Shown in pieces: positions 28,966 through 40,524 of a DNA stretch of 64,000 nucleotides. Below the pieces are notes generated by a model, which was not told where the DNA came from, did not search any database, and saw nothing but the letters and a program-made list of their open reading frames with translations. Made by a program: the position numbers and the translations under genes. The first letter of the stretch is position 1. Each line of letters begins with the position of its first letter. Source of the DNA: an uncultured Gemmatimonadales bacterium (GTDB taxonomy: Bacteria; Gemmatimonadota; Gemmatimonadetes; Gemmatimonadales; Gemmatimonadaceae); assembly GCA_963793305.1 (NCBI GenBank), contig CAWBZV010000003.1, positions 1,440,001 to 1,504,000 on the forward strand, written 5' to 3'.

Positions 28966-30797
28966 GTGATCTCGGCGGCCACGATGCGGCCGGCGATCGC
29001 CGAGGCAGCGACAGTGTACGGTGACGCCAAATAGAGCTGGCCGGGTCCCGACCGCCCCGGGAAGTTGCGGTTGATGGCCGAGATGGTCACCTCGTCAGCC
29101 CGCCGCGATACACCCGGGCCGGCATTGATGCACGCGCCGCACGAGGGCGCGATGAGCGTCGCGCCCGCGTCTTGGAACACGCGATCATAACCCTGCTCGA
29201 CACAGTAGGCGTACACGCTCTCGGACCCACACTGGATATAACATCGCACACCTGGCGCCACGCTGCGGCCAGCGAGGACGCGCGCGTACATGTCCATGTC
29301 GTCGCGCTTGCCCGCGGTGCACGAGCCGGCGTACGCGATGTCGATCGCCACTTGGCCGAGCTCGTCGACGCGACGGCCATTCCCTGGATCGCCCGGTAGC
29401 GCGACCATCGGTCTCAGCGCACCGGCGTCGATTTCGATAGTCGTCGCGTACGTCGCGTCCGGGTCCGAGGCCAGATCATCGAACGCCGGAATCACCGCCG
29501 CGCGCCGAGTGACGAGAAAGTTGGCGGTGACGTTGTCCGGGGCGACAATGCCTGAGAACGCGCCGACTTCGGCCGCCATGTTGGTGAGCGTGGCGCGCTC
29601 ATCGATGGACCATGAGGCGACGGCATCGCCAGCGTACTCGATGATGGCTCCGATCGCGGCGCCGGATCGCACGAACGGGTGCCGCAAGAGTTCGAGCATC
29701 GCGTCCTTTGCCGTGACGTTCGACGGAGGACGACCGGTAATCAGCACGCGCACGATGGGAGGCACGACGATGCGGACATCGCCGGTGTACCACGCGTTCG
29801 CAACGGCGGTGGTCCCGATGCCGAATGCCAGGCAGCCGAGTGCCCCTGCGTGCGGCGTGTGGGAATCGGAGCCGACGATGATCTGGCCGGGCAGGGCATA
29901 GTCCTCGAGGATCTTGCTATGGCAGATCGCCTCGGACCCACCACGCGGAACCTCGCCATGGAGTCGGATGCCCTGCTCGGCGGCGAACTCCCTTTGAGCT
30001 TTCTCCAACGACATCGCCACGTCGAGCAGCTCAGGCGCGATATTGGTCTCGGCGAGAAAGGTCAAGTGATCGCGAAAGCACAAGACGCTGTCGGGGTCCT
30101 TTACTCTCGCATCTCTTCCGAAATGCTCATAGAAGATGCTGGCCGCCATCGGCGTGACATACTCATGGCTGAACCGGAGATCGGCGCGAACGAATCCCTC
30201 TCGCGCCCAGTGCCGATCGATGATCTTCTCGGCCAGAGTCTTGGGCTTGAGGTTGAAGTACCCGAGCCCGCCGCACTCGATTATGCCGCGGCTGATCGCA
30301 TCAGCGTGCCGGGTGAATTCGACGATGGGCACCGATTCGCCCCGCCGAAGACGGGCGAGCAACTCAAAATCTGTCGAGGTCAAGAGCCCGAGATTCTCGC
30401 AATTCTCGCGATAGATGCGCTCAAAGCTCTCGGCGAACACCACACGGATGCCGGCCGCGAGCTCGGCGTACGGGGATGCCTCCCGAGATGAGCCCTTGCC
30501 CCGCCGCCGCCCGGCGACGGATGCCGCAAATCCGCCTCGGGCGACCGCGCCACGAGTCACGGGGAACTGTCCGCCCGCCCTGAGCCCGAGGTAGGCGAAC
30601 TCCCCGAGGGTCTTATCGTGGTAATAGCAGATGGACGCGGGCGTGATCTCGTCGGTCGAGAGGTCGTCCCGCAACGGACCGGCCGTTTCGAGCTCCTCGC
30701 CGGCCAACTGCCGCGCCATAAGCGCTGCATCATCGACCAGAAACAGAACTTTGCCTTCCAGCCGGAAATGCTCGCGGCGTCTAGCGATTTGCGTCAA
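28962..30797 (-). CDS. Aconitase-family hydratase, N-terminal swivel (LeuD-like) fused to LeuC-like 4Fe-4S domain
   Basis: STDEITP, GSSRE, ESFERIYREN; then TLAEKII, FRDH, GSDSHT, GSCT, CGAC, NRNFPGR, YLASP. Confidence 0.9.
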   Translation of the reverse strand: MTQIARRREHFRLEGKVLFLVDDAALMARQLAGEELETAGPLRDDLSTDEITPASICYYHDKTLGEFAYLGLRAGGQFPVTRGAVARGGFAASVAGRRRGKGSSREASPYAELAAGIRVVFAESFERIYRENCENLGLLTSTDFELLARLRRGESVPIVEFTRHADAISRGIIECGGLGYFNLKPKTLAEKIIDRHWAREGFVRADLRFSHEYVTPMAASIFYEHFGRDARVKDPDSVLCFRDHLTFLAETNIAPELLDVAMSLEKAQREFAAEQGIRLHGEVPRGGSEAICHSKILEDYALPGQIIVGSDSHTPHAGALGCLAFGIGTTAVANAWYTGDVRIVVPPIVRVLITGRPPSNVTAKDAMLELLRHPFVRSGAAIGAIIEYAGDAVASWSIDERATLTNMAAEVGAFSGIVAPDNVTANFLVTRRAAVIPAFDDLASDPDATYATTIEIDAGALRPMVALPGDPGNGRRVDELGQVAIDIAYAGSCTAGKRDDMDMYARVLAGRSVAPGVRCYIQCGSESVYAYCVEQGYDRVFQDAGATLIAPSCGACINAGPGVSRRADEVTISAINRNFPGRSGPGQLYLASPYTVAASAIAGRIVAAEIT

Positions 30798-30815
30798 AGG
30801 TGCCTAACGTTACGC

Positions 30816-31955
30816 GTGACCGTGCCGCTCCAGCCCGCTCCGGCGCCGCCCATCGCGGCGGGGGCCCCGGCCCCACCCGTCAAATTCCCGCTCAGCTGGC
30901 TGCTCGACCATGCCTCACCACCCATTCAGTATCGCGCCATAGCAGAGGTTGCGCGACTCTCTTGGGCGGCAAGCGACCCATTCTCCGCGCTCCCGTACGC
31001 CCACCTCCCGGCGGTACGGCTCGCGCTGAGCCAGCGCGCCGACGGCGAGTGGGGCCCGACAATGCTGGGGTTGCCTCGTAACGATGCATTCGATGGCATC
31101 GGCACGATCAACGCCGTGCGCCGACTCGTGGAGTACGGCTGGGAGCGCGAATCTCCACCGCTCGCCAAGGTCCGGCGCTTATTGTTCAGGCTGCTAGCCG
31201 AGGATGAGGACCCTGCGTTTCTGTTCGAGTTCGCGGATGGCTCCGAGGATGAGGACATGGCGCGCAGGGGGAGAGCGATCCTGCGCGAGGCCGCGGCAGC
31301 CACATTGGCGCAGGCCGGATACGAAGGCGACCCGAGACTCCGCGGTGCCGCGCGCCGGATCATCGAGCGGATCAATGCGTATTTGAAGTCGCTCCCCGTG
31401 AACGGTATGCGGCCCATATGGGTGCGCGTCGGCAATCGCCAAGTGCTGCCGCCAGAGGCGGCGCCGCCCACGGTGCACGCGATCATGATGCTCGCGTTCA
31501 TGCCGCAATTTCGGAGCGAGTACCACGAGGCCGTGGAGCGTCTCTACCAATTCTTGACGCAGCCACTGCCACGACAAGAGTCCGCGCAGTTGGTCGGCAC
31601 GACGCCGGTGACGCAGCCTCACTTCGTCCTGGGCGACTTGCTCCCCCATTGCAATGCCGTCGACGCCGACGTCCCGTTCGCGCTCATGTGGATGGAGCTG
31701 CTCGCGCGCTTGGGATTCTTGCGGCGCAATGACAACTGGTCGCGCTTGTTCGAGCGCTTCCTCGACGACCGCGATCGCAACGGCGTCTGGCATCCGCACA
31801 AAGGCCTCGCGAGTCCAAAGACCGAGCACCCCGTCGCGTGGGCGAGCTATCCGCTCGTCGAGGACACCGCCGAGGGCGAGGACCGATGGGCCGACGTCAC
31901 GTTCCGCTTAGGCCTCATCGCCCGGTTGTCCGGCCGCCCGATAGAGCTGATCTGA
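30816..31955 (+). CDS. Hypothetical protein, probable alpha/alpha toroid (prenyltransferase/cyclase-like repeats)
   Basis: QRADGEW and DRDRNGVW QW-like motifs, WADVTFR; TAACGT 5 nt before the GTG. Confidence 0.7.
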   Translation: MTVPLQPAPAPPIAAGAPAPPVKFPLSWLLDHASPPIQYRAIAEVARLSWAASDPFSALPYAHLPAVRLALSQRADGEWGPTMLGLPRNDAFDGIGTINAVRRLVEYGWERESPPLAKVRRLLFRLLAEDEDPAFLFEFADGSEDEDMARRGRAILREAAAATLAQAGYEGDPRLRGAARRIIERINAYLKSLPVNGMRPIWVRVGNRQVLPPEAAPPTVHAIMMLAFMPQFRSEYHEAVERLYQFLTQPLPRQESAQLVGTTPVTQPHFVLGDLLPHCNAVDADVPFALMWMELLARLGFLRRNDNWSRLFERFLDDRDRNGVWHPHKGLASPKTEHPVAWASYPLVEDTAEGEDRWADVTFRLGLIARLSGRPIELI

Positions 31956-31987
31956 CGCGGTTGCACGGCCGGTTAGATCCGAACGAG

Positions 31988-32797
31988 ATGTTCCCGGCAG
32001 GGCTGCCGGGTTACTCGACCCGGTTCGTGCGCGTCTCGCCCCATCTCGATATTCGGGTCATAGAAGCGCTGGGCCCCGGCACGGTGCCGGCTCTCTTTAT
32101 TCACGGATGGGGATGCTCGTGCTTCGTCTGGCGCCGCAATCTCCCGGTGCTCGCCGCCACTGGCATTCGCCCATTCGCGATGGATCTCCCGGGCCATGGC
32201 CTCTCCGACAAACCATCCGGGTCCGAGTACTACACGCCGGACGCCATGGCCGATGTCGTACTCGCGACGCTCGATGCACTCGGTCTCGAACGCGCGGCGA
32301 TCGTCGCGCATTCGCTCGGCTCCGTCGTCGCGCGTCGGGTGGCGGTGCGGGCGCCTGACCGCGTCAGTGCGCTAGTGCTATTGGCGCCCGTGAGCATTGG
32401 ACGGGTGCCCATCGTGCCGCTCGCGAGGGCGATCTCGCCGCGATGGCTCGCGTCCTTGGTGCCGCATCTCACGTTCCGGTGGACAATAGCCACGGGCCTC
32501 TGGCTCTCGCGAGCGGGAAAAACGGCCTTGAGTGCACGAGAAGTGGATGAGTATTGGGCGCCGACCCAGTTCCCGGAGATGACACTGGCGGCCGTCCGCA
32601 TGCTCCACGCATTCGACTGGGAGCCCGACGCGAGTGCCATAACGACGCGAACGCTCGTCATACTCGCGGGCGGGGATCGTCTGGTCCACGCCGAGCCCAA
32701 GTCGACGTACCACGTTGTACGTGGGGCTGGGCATAATGTGCAGGAACAGGCCCCGGACGAGGTAAACAGCCTGGTGCTATCGTTCCTAGTCGCTTAA
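31988..32797 (+). CDS. Alpha/beta hydrolase
   Basis: FIHGWG, DLPGHGLSDK, AHSLG nucleophile, GGDR, GAGHNVQE. Start could be TTG 31961. Confidence 0.9.
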   Translation: MFPAGLPGYSTRFVRVSPHLDIRVIEALGPGTVPALFIHGWGCSCFVWRRNLPVLAATGIRPFAMDLPGHGLSDKPSGSEYYTPDAMADVVLATLDALGLERAAIVAHSLGSVVARRVAVRAPDRVSALVLLAPVSIGRVPIVPLARAISPRWLASLVPHLTFRWTIATGLWLSRAGKTALSAREVDEYWAPTQFPEMTLAAVRMLHAFDWEPDASAITTRTLVILAGGDRLVHAEPKSTYHVVRGAGHNVQEQAPDEVNSLVLSFLVA

Positions 32798-32827
32798 ACT
32801 TAAGTAACTCATAGCAATCGAAGAATT

Positions 32828-33979
<1,152 letters not shown>

Positions 33980-33986
33980 CCCGCGC

Positions 33987-36405
33987 GTGCGCCGCCTCGT
34001 TCTGGTGTCGGCTGGGCTGTCGGTCTGCGCCGCTGTTCAGCCGGCCCGCGCGCAGGCGCCGTCGGCGAGTGATACGCTGATCACGTGGGGCGCACTCCCG
34101 CCCGGCACTTCCCACGCCGAGCGGCCACGCACGTACGATCTCAAGCACCAGATCGTGCACGTACGATTCGACTGGCCCCGACACGCGGTAGTCGGCTCGA
34201 CGACGCTGACCGTAGGCACGCTCGCTGGCCACCCGAACGTGCGCGAAGTACCACTCGATGCCGTCGACATGAAGATCGTGAGCGTCACGTCGGCCGCCGG
34301 CGCCGCGCTCCAGCACACGTACGATGGCCGCACGCTGACGGTCCACGTGCGCGTGCCAGCCACGTTCACCGTCGCGTACGAATCCGTGCACCCAAAGAAG
34401 GGCGCGTACTTCATCGACCGCCGCCACGTCGTGTGGACGCAAGGCGACATGGAGGACACGCGCTACTGGATACCGACGTACGACGAGCTGAACGACAAAA
34501 CCACGTGGGAGTTTTTTATTCGCACGCCGCACGGGGAGAAGGCGCTGTCGAACGGCCGGCTGGTGGGGTCTCGCGACGTTGACGGCGAGACGGAGTGGCA
34601 TTGGTCGCTCGACCGTCCCGCGTCAACGTATCTCATGACGGTCGTCACCGGCGACTATGTCGTCGTCCAGGACAAGTGGCGCACGGTGCCCCTCGGTTAC
34701 TGGACGTACCCCGACTCGGTTCAAGCCGCCTGGCGCGGATTCGGTGAGACGCCCCGTGCGGTCGAGCTCTTTTCGACGAAGACGGGCGTCGACTTCCCAT
34801 GGGCAAAATACGACCAAATCGTCGCCCCCGATTTCATCTTCGGCGGCATGGAAAACGTCACGGCCACGACGCAGAGCGATGATGGCATCCTCCATCCCGC
34901 CTGGGCCGAGCCGGAGGGGAACGCCGCGGGCTTGATGGCCCACGAGCTCGGCCACGAATGGTTCGGCGACTACCTCACCATGGAATGGTGGACGGACGCG
35001 TGGCTCTCCGAAGGGTTCGCAACTTTCTTAGAGCAGTACTACACCGAGGCTGCGCACGGTGTCGACGAAGGCACGCGCGATCGCCTCGACGGCAACCGGC
35101 AGGTTGTCCAGTTCGACCGCGAGGCGCGGCGGCCGCTCGTGTATGACCGTTGGGTCAACGATCCACTGGAGCTGTTCACGGTCATCTACCCGAAGGGCGC
35201 AGCGGTCTTGCAGATGCTCCGCCACCAGCTCGGCGATTCCGCATTCTGGGCCGCGTTGCACAAGTACACGGTCGATCACGCCTACGGCGAGGTGACGACC
35301 CCAGACCTCGAGCACGCCTTCGAGCAGTCCACGGGTCGCGACTTCTCTTTGTTTTTCAAGCAATGGGTCTACAACGCCGGGATGCCCGCGTTTCGCGTCT
35401 CGGCCACGTACGACACCGTCGCCAAGCAGGTGACGTTCACCGCACGCCAAGTGCAGCCGCGCGACAGCCTCACGGATTTCTTCGACGCACCTGTCGATGT
35501 CGCCGTCTACACGGACCGTGGCGTAACCCACGGCATCGTGAACGTGCACGGTGAAGAATCAACCGGTATCATCGCGGTCGATGGGCCGCCGAGGGCCTAT
35601 CGCTGGGACGTTGGCCACTGGCTACTGGAGGTCTACGATTTTCCGCGCTCGACGTTGATGCTGACCTATCAGCTGCAGCACGACACCGATGTCGCCGGCC
35701 GGTTGGAAGCCGTAAAGCTCCTGCACGCGGATCCAGCCGTCGCCAATGCGGCCCGGAACGATCCCGATTGGGGCGTGCGCGCGGCGGCCGCGGCCGAGCT
35801 GACCGACGCCAAGAGTCTCGTGGCCGCGCTGCATGACCGCGACTCTCGCGTGCGGTCCGCGGCGGCAAAGGCGCTGGCAGTGGCCGGACTGTCGGGACAA
35901 GACGTGATCGTCAGTCTCAAAGAAGTAGTGAGCGCCGATTCGTCTCTCTTCGTGCGCGGGACCGCGCTCGTGGCGCTAGCCAGACTCGACACCGCGGCCG
36001 CGCTGCCGATGATCCGTTCGATGCTGACGATGGATTCCTGGACGGACGTTCGAGCGATCGGCCGCGCTTCGAGCGCTGACACTCACGCATTCACCCGACG
36101 CGTTCACGTTGGCTTCACGTTTCGTTGCGCCGACCGCTTCGCGATTCGCTCGGCTGGCGGCGATCGAGACGCTCGTGGCGTCCGGCCGCGAGACGAGTCT
36201 CAAGGACAGCGCCGCCAAGGAGCTGTCGCCGGACCTCGACGACCCGGATCTCTTTGTCCGGGAAGCTGTTGCCCGGTCGCTGGGGGCTCTGGCGGTGCCG
36301 TCAAGCGCCCCGGCTCTCGAATCGCGGAAGCGGGTCGAGGCTTCCGGATTCGTGCTCACGGCGATAGATGACGCATTAACGGCTATTCGTTCAGGTAAGC
36401 AGTAA
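33987..36405 (+). CDS. Exported M1 family aminopeptidase with HEAT repeats, +1 frameshift at ~36050
   Basis: Signal peptide ending ARAQA; GGMEN; HELGH-X18-E; YPKG; HEAT repeats continue in ORF 36109-36405. Confidence 0.9.
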
Positions 36406-36456
36406 CGACTAGTTCTGTAGTTGGCACCGTCAGGAACTTTCGGGGTACCCGTATCC

Positions 36457-37017
36457 ATGTTTGCACGCCGGGGGAGGGTCTGGGGCTTCCTCCTGGCCGC
36501 TCTTTTCATAGCGGTCGGGATGGCGAGCTGCGCCCATCCGGCATTGAGCCAGCACCCGACGCACAACCCGCCGCCGCCCCCACCACCGCGGCCACCGGCG
36601 CACCGCCAGCCTCCGCCTCCGCAGCGCCAGGTCGTCAAACCGGCTCCGCAGAAGGAGGTCCCCCACACGCCGGCGACGGTCGAGGCTCGACCGCAGCAAG
36701 TCGAACAGCCGCCGGTCGGCACGCGAGTGAACACGAACACGGGTGTGCCGCATCCGCCAGTTCGCCCGTGGGAGCAGCGGAACGCCGATATCCCACCGTC
36801 AGAACGCCCGCCGCCGGGCATGTGTCGCGTGTGGCTGGACAAGGTGCCAGCCAGCAGTCAGCCAGCGCCGACGTCGTGCGCCAAGGCTATTCAAACGCAT
36901 CCGGCAAACGGTCACGTGATCTTTGGCGAAGATGGTGGCCGCCCGACCGCGACGCGCGTGCCTCCCGCGACTCCGACTGAATCGCAGCAGAGCCCAGAAT
37001 CACCGTTTCGCGAATAG
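36457..37017 (+). CDS. Proline-rich putative lipoprotein
   Basis: Signal peptide with lipobox MASC; Pro-rich linker; C-terminal IPPSERPPPGMCRVW...PTSC module. Confidence 0.75.
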   Translation: MFARRGRVWGFLLAALFIAVGMASCAHPALSQHPTHNPPPPPPPRPPAHRQPPPPQRQVVKPAPQKEVPHTPATVEARPQQVEQPPVGTRVNTNTGVPHPPVRPWEQRNADIPPSERPPPGMCRVWLDKVPASSQPAPTSCAKAIQTHPANGHVIFGEDGGRPTATRVPPATPTESQQSPESPFRE

Positions 37018-39587
37018 CACCCCCGCGCACCCCGGTTGACCGGTCCCTCCCGCCGGACCGGGATGCGTTCCTTGCCGCGGAGCCGCCGACCGGCCGCGTC
37101 ATTGTCATCGCACCAACGCGCGCGGCGTGCGAGACCATCGAGCTCGCCGTCGGCTTGCACCTGGACACGTTCCTGGAACGCCAGCACGGCAATGATGTCC
37201 GTCGGCTGGCGGCTTCGGGTCGCGGGTTCGGCATCGTCGCCGGCACGGGCACCGGCAAGACGCTCGCGATCCGTCCAATCGCCGAGACGATCTTGCGTGC
37301 GCCGCTCAAGGTCGGCGTCGTCAACCGCGAGCGCGAAGCAACGCCCGAGACGCCGACGTGGAACGTCATCATCGTCACCACCGGCATTGCCCGCCGGTGG
37401 TTCCAAGCCGGTGACATCCTCCGCACCGACACGCTGATCGTCGACGAGATCCACCAGACCTCGGCCGAGCTCGAGCTATGCCTCGCACTCGGCCTCCGCA
37501 CAGGCTGCCGGTTCATCTGGCTCTCGGCAACGGTCGACCCGCGATTCTACGCCCGCTACTTGGCCTCGGCCGAGGTCATCGAGAGCTCGGCGTTCGACCC
37601 CGCCAAGGCTGCTCGCGTGACCGTGGTGCGCAAAGATGTCGCCGAATTCTTCGATGATCGGTTCCTAAAAGATGTCACGCGTGACCGCCACGGCGTCGGC
37701 GTTTTCCTGCCAACGCGTGCCGCGGTCGAATCCGTTGCCGCTGATGTCGGTACGCGATTCCCGCGCATCACCTCGGCGTACTATCACGGCGGCGAGCCGA
37801 TACGGGTCATTCGCCCATTTCTCGAAGCGGATGACGTCCGGCCCTACGTTCTCGCCATGACAGCGGCAGGGCAAAGCGCGCTCAACGTTCGTGGGCTGGA
37901 CACGGTCGTCATCGACGACACGCGATTTACGAACGTGATCGAGCGCGGCCGCAATGTCCTGACGCGCCTCCATCTCGGGGCCAACGAGATCTTGCAGATG
38001 GCTGGCCGTGTGCACGGCCGCGTCGCGGGCGGCCGAGTGTTCATTCTGTCGGATCGCGACATCGATTTCCGCTCGCTCGTGCCACAGGAGCCCGAGTTCC
38101 AACTGGCCGGCGACTCCGAGCGCGTCGCGATCACGTGTGCCGCGCTTGGAGTGCGAGCCGATGAGCTCGACCTCCCGGTGCCACTCGATCGCCCAGCCTA
38201 TCGCCGTGCGGTTGCGTTGCTCGAGCGCCGCGGCATCGTCGAAAACGGTCATCTGACGGCATACGGCCGGGCCATTGAGGCAATGCCGGTCGATCGCCCG
38301 TGGGCCGAGCTGATCGTCAACGCCGACGATGACCTGTTGCCGGTGGTGGCTGTCATGAGCGCGATCGAATCCCTTCACCGGATGACGCGCGAGGAGCGCG
38401 ATCTCGCTGGCTTGCTCGTCTCCGGCAGCGACCATCTCACGGCGTATAACGTTTACGCCGAGGCCTATCGCCTCCACGGTTCCGTTGGCGAGGTCTATGG
38501 CTTGCCACGCCACGTCTTCGCGCCTGAGCTCGAGGAGTGGGCCGAACGGCGTGGCGTGCTGATGAAGGCGATTGAAGATGCCGCTCTCGCCGTGGCCAGC
38601 ATCTATCGCAGCGTCGGGCTCCCATTGCCTTCCGAGCTCTCGCTCGGCCGCAATGCGACGTACAAGAATCTCGCCGATCTGATCGCGCGCTACATGCCGT
38701 TTGATCTCGTGATCGACGAGGAGACCGCGGACGGACAGTCGGCGCGCGTGTCGCGGTCGAGCGTCGCCGGGAGTTGGGGCGCGATCGCGGGAACCATCCG
38801 GTATTTTGCCGACCGCTTCGGGGTCTCTCGCGCCGCGATCGAAGGCACGCAAATCCCGTCGGATGTTATTCGAAAGTATGCCCGTCGTTTGGCCCCGGAC
38901 GTCGTGTACGACCGGGTGCTCAAAGTGCGTCGCCGGCTCGAATATTTTGGTTTTGAATTGGATCGCGAGTCCGAGCCGATCGACGTCTTCCCACCAGATC
39001 TCGCCGACGCGGCGCGTGACGCGCTCGCCGACGCGTTAGCGTCAGGCGAGGCACGCCACCATGCAGTCCGTCGTGACAGCTCCGCGATCCACGAGATCCG
39101 CGCGGCCTACCGTCGCTCGGGCGGCCGCACGCCGCGCCTCAGCGAGGCAGACCTGGCCGCGCTCTATCGCGTGCCACTCGCACAGGTGAACTCATTCACC
39201 GAGTTCCGCTCGGCGCCGTTCGCGATCGACCTGAACGCCGTACTCAGTCCAGAAGCGCGCCACGCCTATGACCACCTGCCGTCCGAGACGATGATCCGGG
39301 GGCAGTCGGTGCCGATCGAATACGATGTGCAGGATTCGGTGGGCATCGCGAGACTTCGGCTACCGGCGAAACTCGCGCGGACGCTGACCGAGGCCGAGGT
39401 GCCGGCGCTCGATCGCCCGGTGCGATTCACCGTCCTGCGCGGCCAGCAGAGCGCGGTCCATGCCGACACGCTCGACCAGCTACAGGACCTGCTCGCTGAG
39501 CCGTGGGAGCCACCGAGGCGGGAACGCCCGAAGAATCAGTCGAAGCAGCACGCGAAGCGCCACCCGAAGCGACGCCGGCGTCGCTGA
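37014..39587 (+). CDS. DExH-box (HrpB-related) SF2 helicase (apparent ATA start; first canonical start TTG 37155)
   Basis: AGTGTGKT, DEIH, SAT, FLPTR, QMAGRVHGR. Frame is open from 37014 and includes VIAPTRAA. Confidence 0.85.
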   Translation: MAPPRTPVDRSLPPDRDAFLAAEPPTGRVIVIAPTRAACETIELAVGLHLDTFLERQHGNDVRRLAASGRGFGIVAGTGTGKTLAIRPIAETILRAPLKVGVVNREREATPETPTWNVIIVTTGIARRWFQAGDILRTDTLIVDEIHQTSAELELCLALGLRTGCRFIWLSATVDPRFYARYLASAEVIESSAFDPAKAARVTVVRKDVAEFFDDRFLKDVTRDRHGVGVFLPTRAAVESVAADVGTRFPRITSAYYHGGEPIRVIRPFLEADDVRPYVLAMTAAGQSALNVRGLDTVVIDDTRFTNVIERGRNVLTRLHLGANEILQMAGRVHGRVAGGRVFILSDRDIDFRSLVPQEPEFQLAGDSERVAITCAALGVRADELDLPVPLDRPAYRRAVALLERRGIVENGHLTAYGRAIEAMPVDRPWAELIVNADDDLLPVVAVMSAIESLHRMTREERDLAGLLVSGSDHLTAYNVYAEAYRLHGSVGEVYGLPRHVFAPELEEWAERRGVLMKAIEDAALAVASIYRSVGLPLPSELSLGRNATYKNLADLIARYMPFDLVIDEETADGQSARVSRSSVAGSWGAIAGTIRYFADRFGVSRAAIEGTQIPSDVIRKYARRLAPDVVYDRVLKVRRRLEYFGFELDRESEPIDVFPPDLADAARDALADALASGEARHHAVRRDSSAIHEIRAAYRRSGGRTPRLSEADLAALYRVPLAQVNSFTEFRSAPFAIDLNAVLSPEARHAYDHLPSETMIRGQSVPIEYDVQDSVGIARLRLPAKLARTLTEAEVPALDRPVRFTVLRGQQSAVHADTLDQLQDLLAEPWEPPRRERPKNQSKQHAKRHPKRRRRR

Positions 39588-39594
39588 CCTGCTC

Positions 39595-40488
39595 CTATAG
39601 GTTGCTCTTCCCGAGGCCGTCCAGGAACTTCCCGCGCGTGAACGAGACAAGCCCGGTGCTCAGCCCCTCCGGGAGCGGCGCTTCGTCCGTGAGCTTCTCG
39701 GTGTCAGTGACAATCGTGAGTCGCTCAGCCCAGTCTTCCTCGGAGCCCTCCTTCTTCTTCAGCGCCTCCTCGATCCGCGCCTTGGTACGCTTGAGCGCCG
39801 CTTTGCGGCATCGCTGCAGGTACTGCATGGCCGCCACGAGCTGCTCGTGCGTGAGCGGCGATTCGGTCGATAGGAGCGCGTTGATCATCGCCACGAACTT
39901 CGGCGAGACGGTCTTGTCGACCATCAAGTCCACGTAGTTGTGCAGGTCAGACGCGATGCCGACCGCGGCGAACTCCGACGTCACGAGCTTTTTGAGACCC
40001 GGGGTCTCCGTGGGGACCCACGCCTGCACGGGCATGGCGTTCACGTTGACCTGACAGTGCGCGAAATGCGTCAGCTGGGCGCGCTTTTTCCCACTCTTGT
40101 TGAACAGCCAACCCGCCAAGACCAAGTCGCTGGGAAGTTGGCTGGAGAGTGGGCTTTGCACGATCGCGGCGCCGTATGAGCACACGTTGTTACGGTGCCG
40201 ATAGAGTCCCATCTCACCCAGCAGCTTGGTGTACATCATGATCGTCGCCTCGGACTTCTGCCGTGCGAAGTACTGGTACAACGTCGCGGCGGAGGAGGTC
40301 TGCGGGACGTAGAGACTGGAGTACACGAGCGGGGCATCGGCGAGCGGGTTGACCCGCGAGACCTTCAGTTTGTTGAAGTTCAGCATGGTGAAGCCGGCGC
40401 CTTTGGCGACGACCTTGCCTTGCGCGACCTTCTTCGATGCCTCGCTGACTACCTTGGGGCCGAGCTCGGAGAGGAGCATGGAGGACAT
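39595..40488 (-). CDS. Hypothetical protein, 297 aa, no family recognised
   Basis: Long ORF filling the gap, with coding-like GC3 usage and its own promoter. Confidence 0.8.
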   Translation of the reverse strand: MSSMLLSELGPKVVSEASKKVAQGKVVAKGAGFTMLNFNKLKVSRVNPLADAPLVYSSLYVPQTSSAATLYQYFARQKSEATIMMYTKLLGEMGLYRHRNNVCSYGAAIVQSPLSSQLPSDLVLAGWLFNKSGKKRAQLTHFAHCQVNVNAMPVQAWVPTETPGLKKLVTSEFAAVGIASDLHNYVDLMVDKTVSPKFVAMINALLSTESPLTHEQLVAAMQYLQRCRKAALKRTKARIEEALKKKEGSEEDWAERLTIVTDTEKLTDEAPLPEGLSTGLVSFTRGKFLDGLGKSNL

Positions 40489-40495
40489 AAGTCCC

Positions 40496-40524
40496 AGTGT
40501 ACCACCAACGCCTCAGTCCGGCAA
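40496..40524 (-). promoter_or_regulatory. Sigma-70 promoter TTGCCG-N17-TACACT with extended TG, 7 nt before ATG 40488 (leaderless)
   Basis: Direct reading: -35 at 40524-40519 and -10 at 40501-40496. Confidence 0.65.

Noticed and set aside
36421..36437. TGGCAC as a sigma-54 promoter
   Set aside because: No TTGC at the -12 position.
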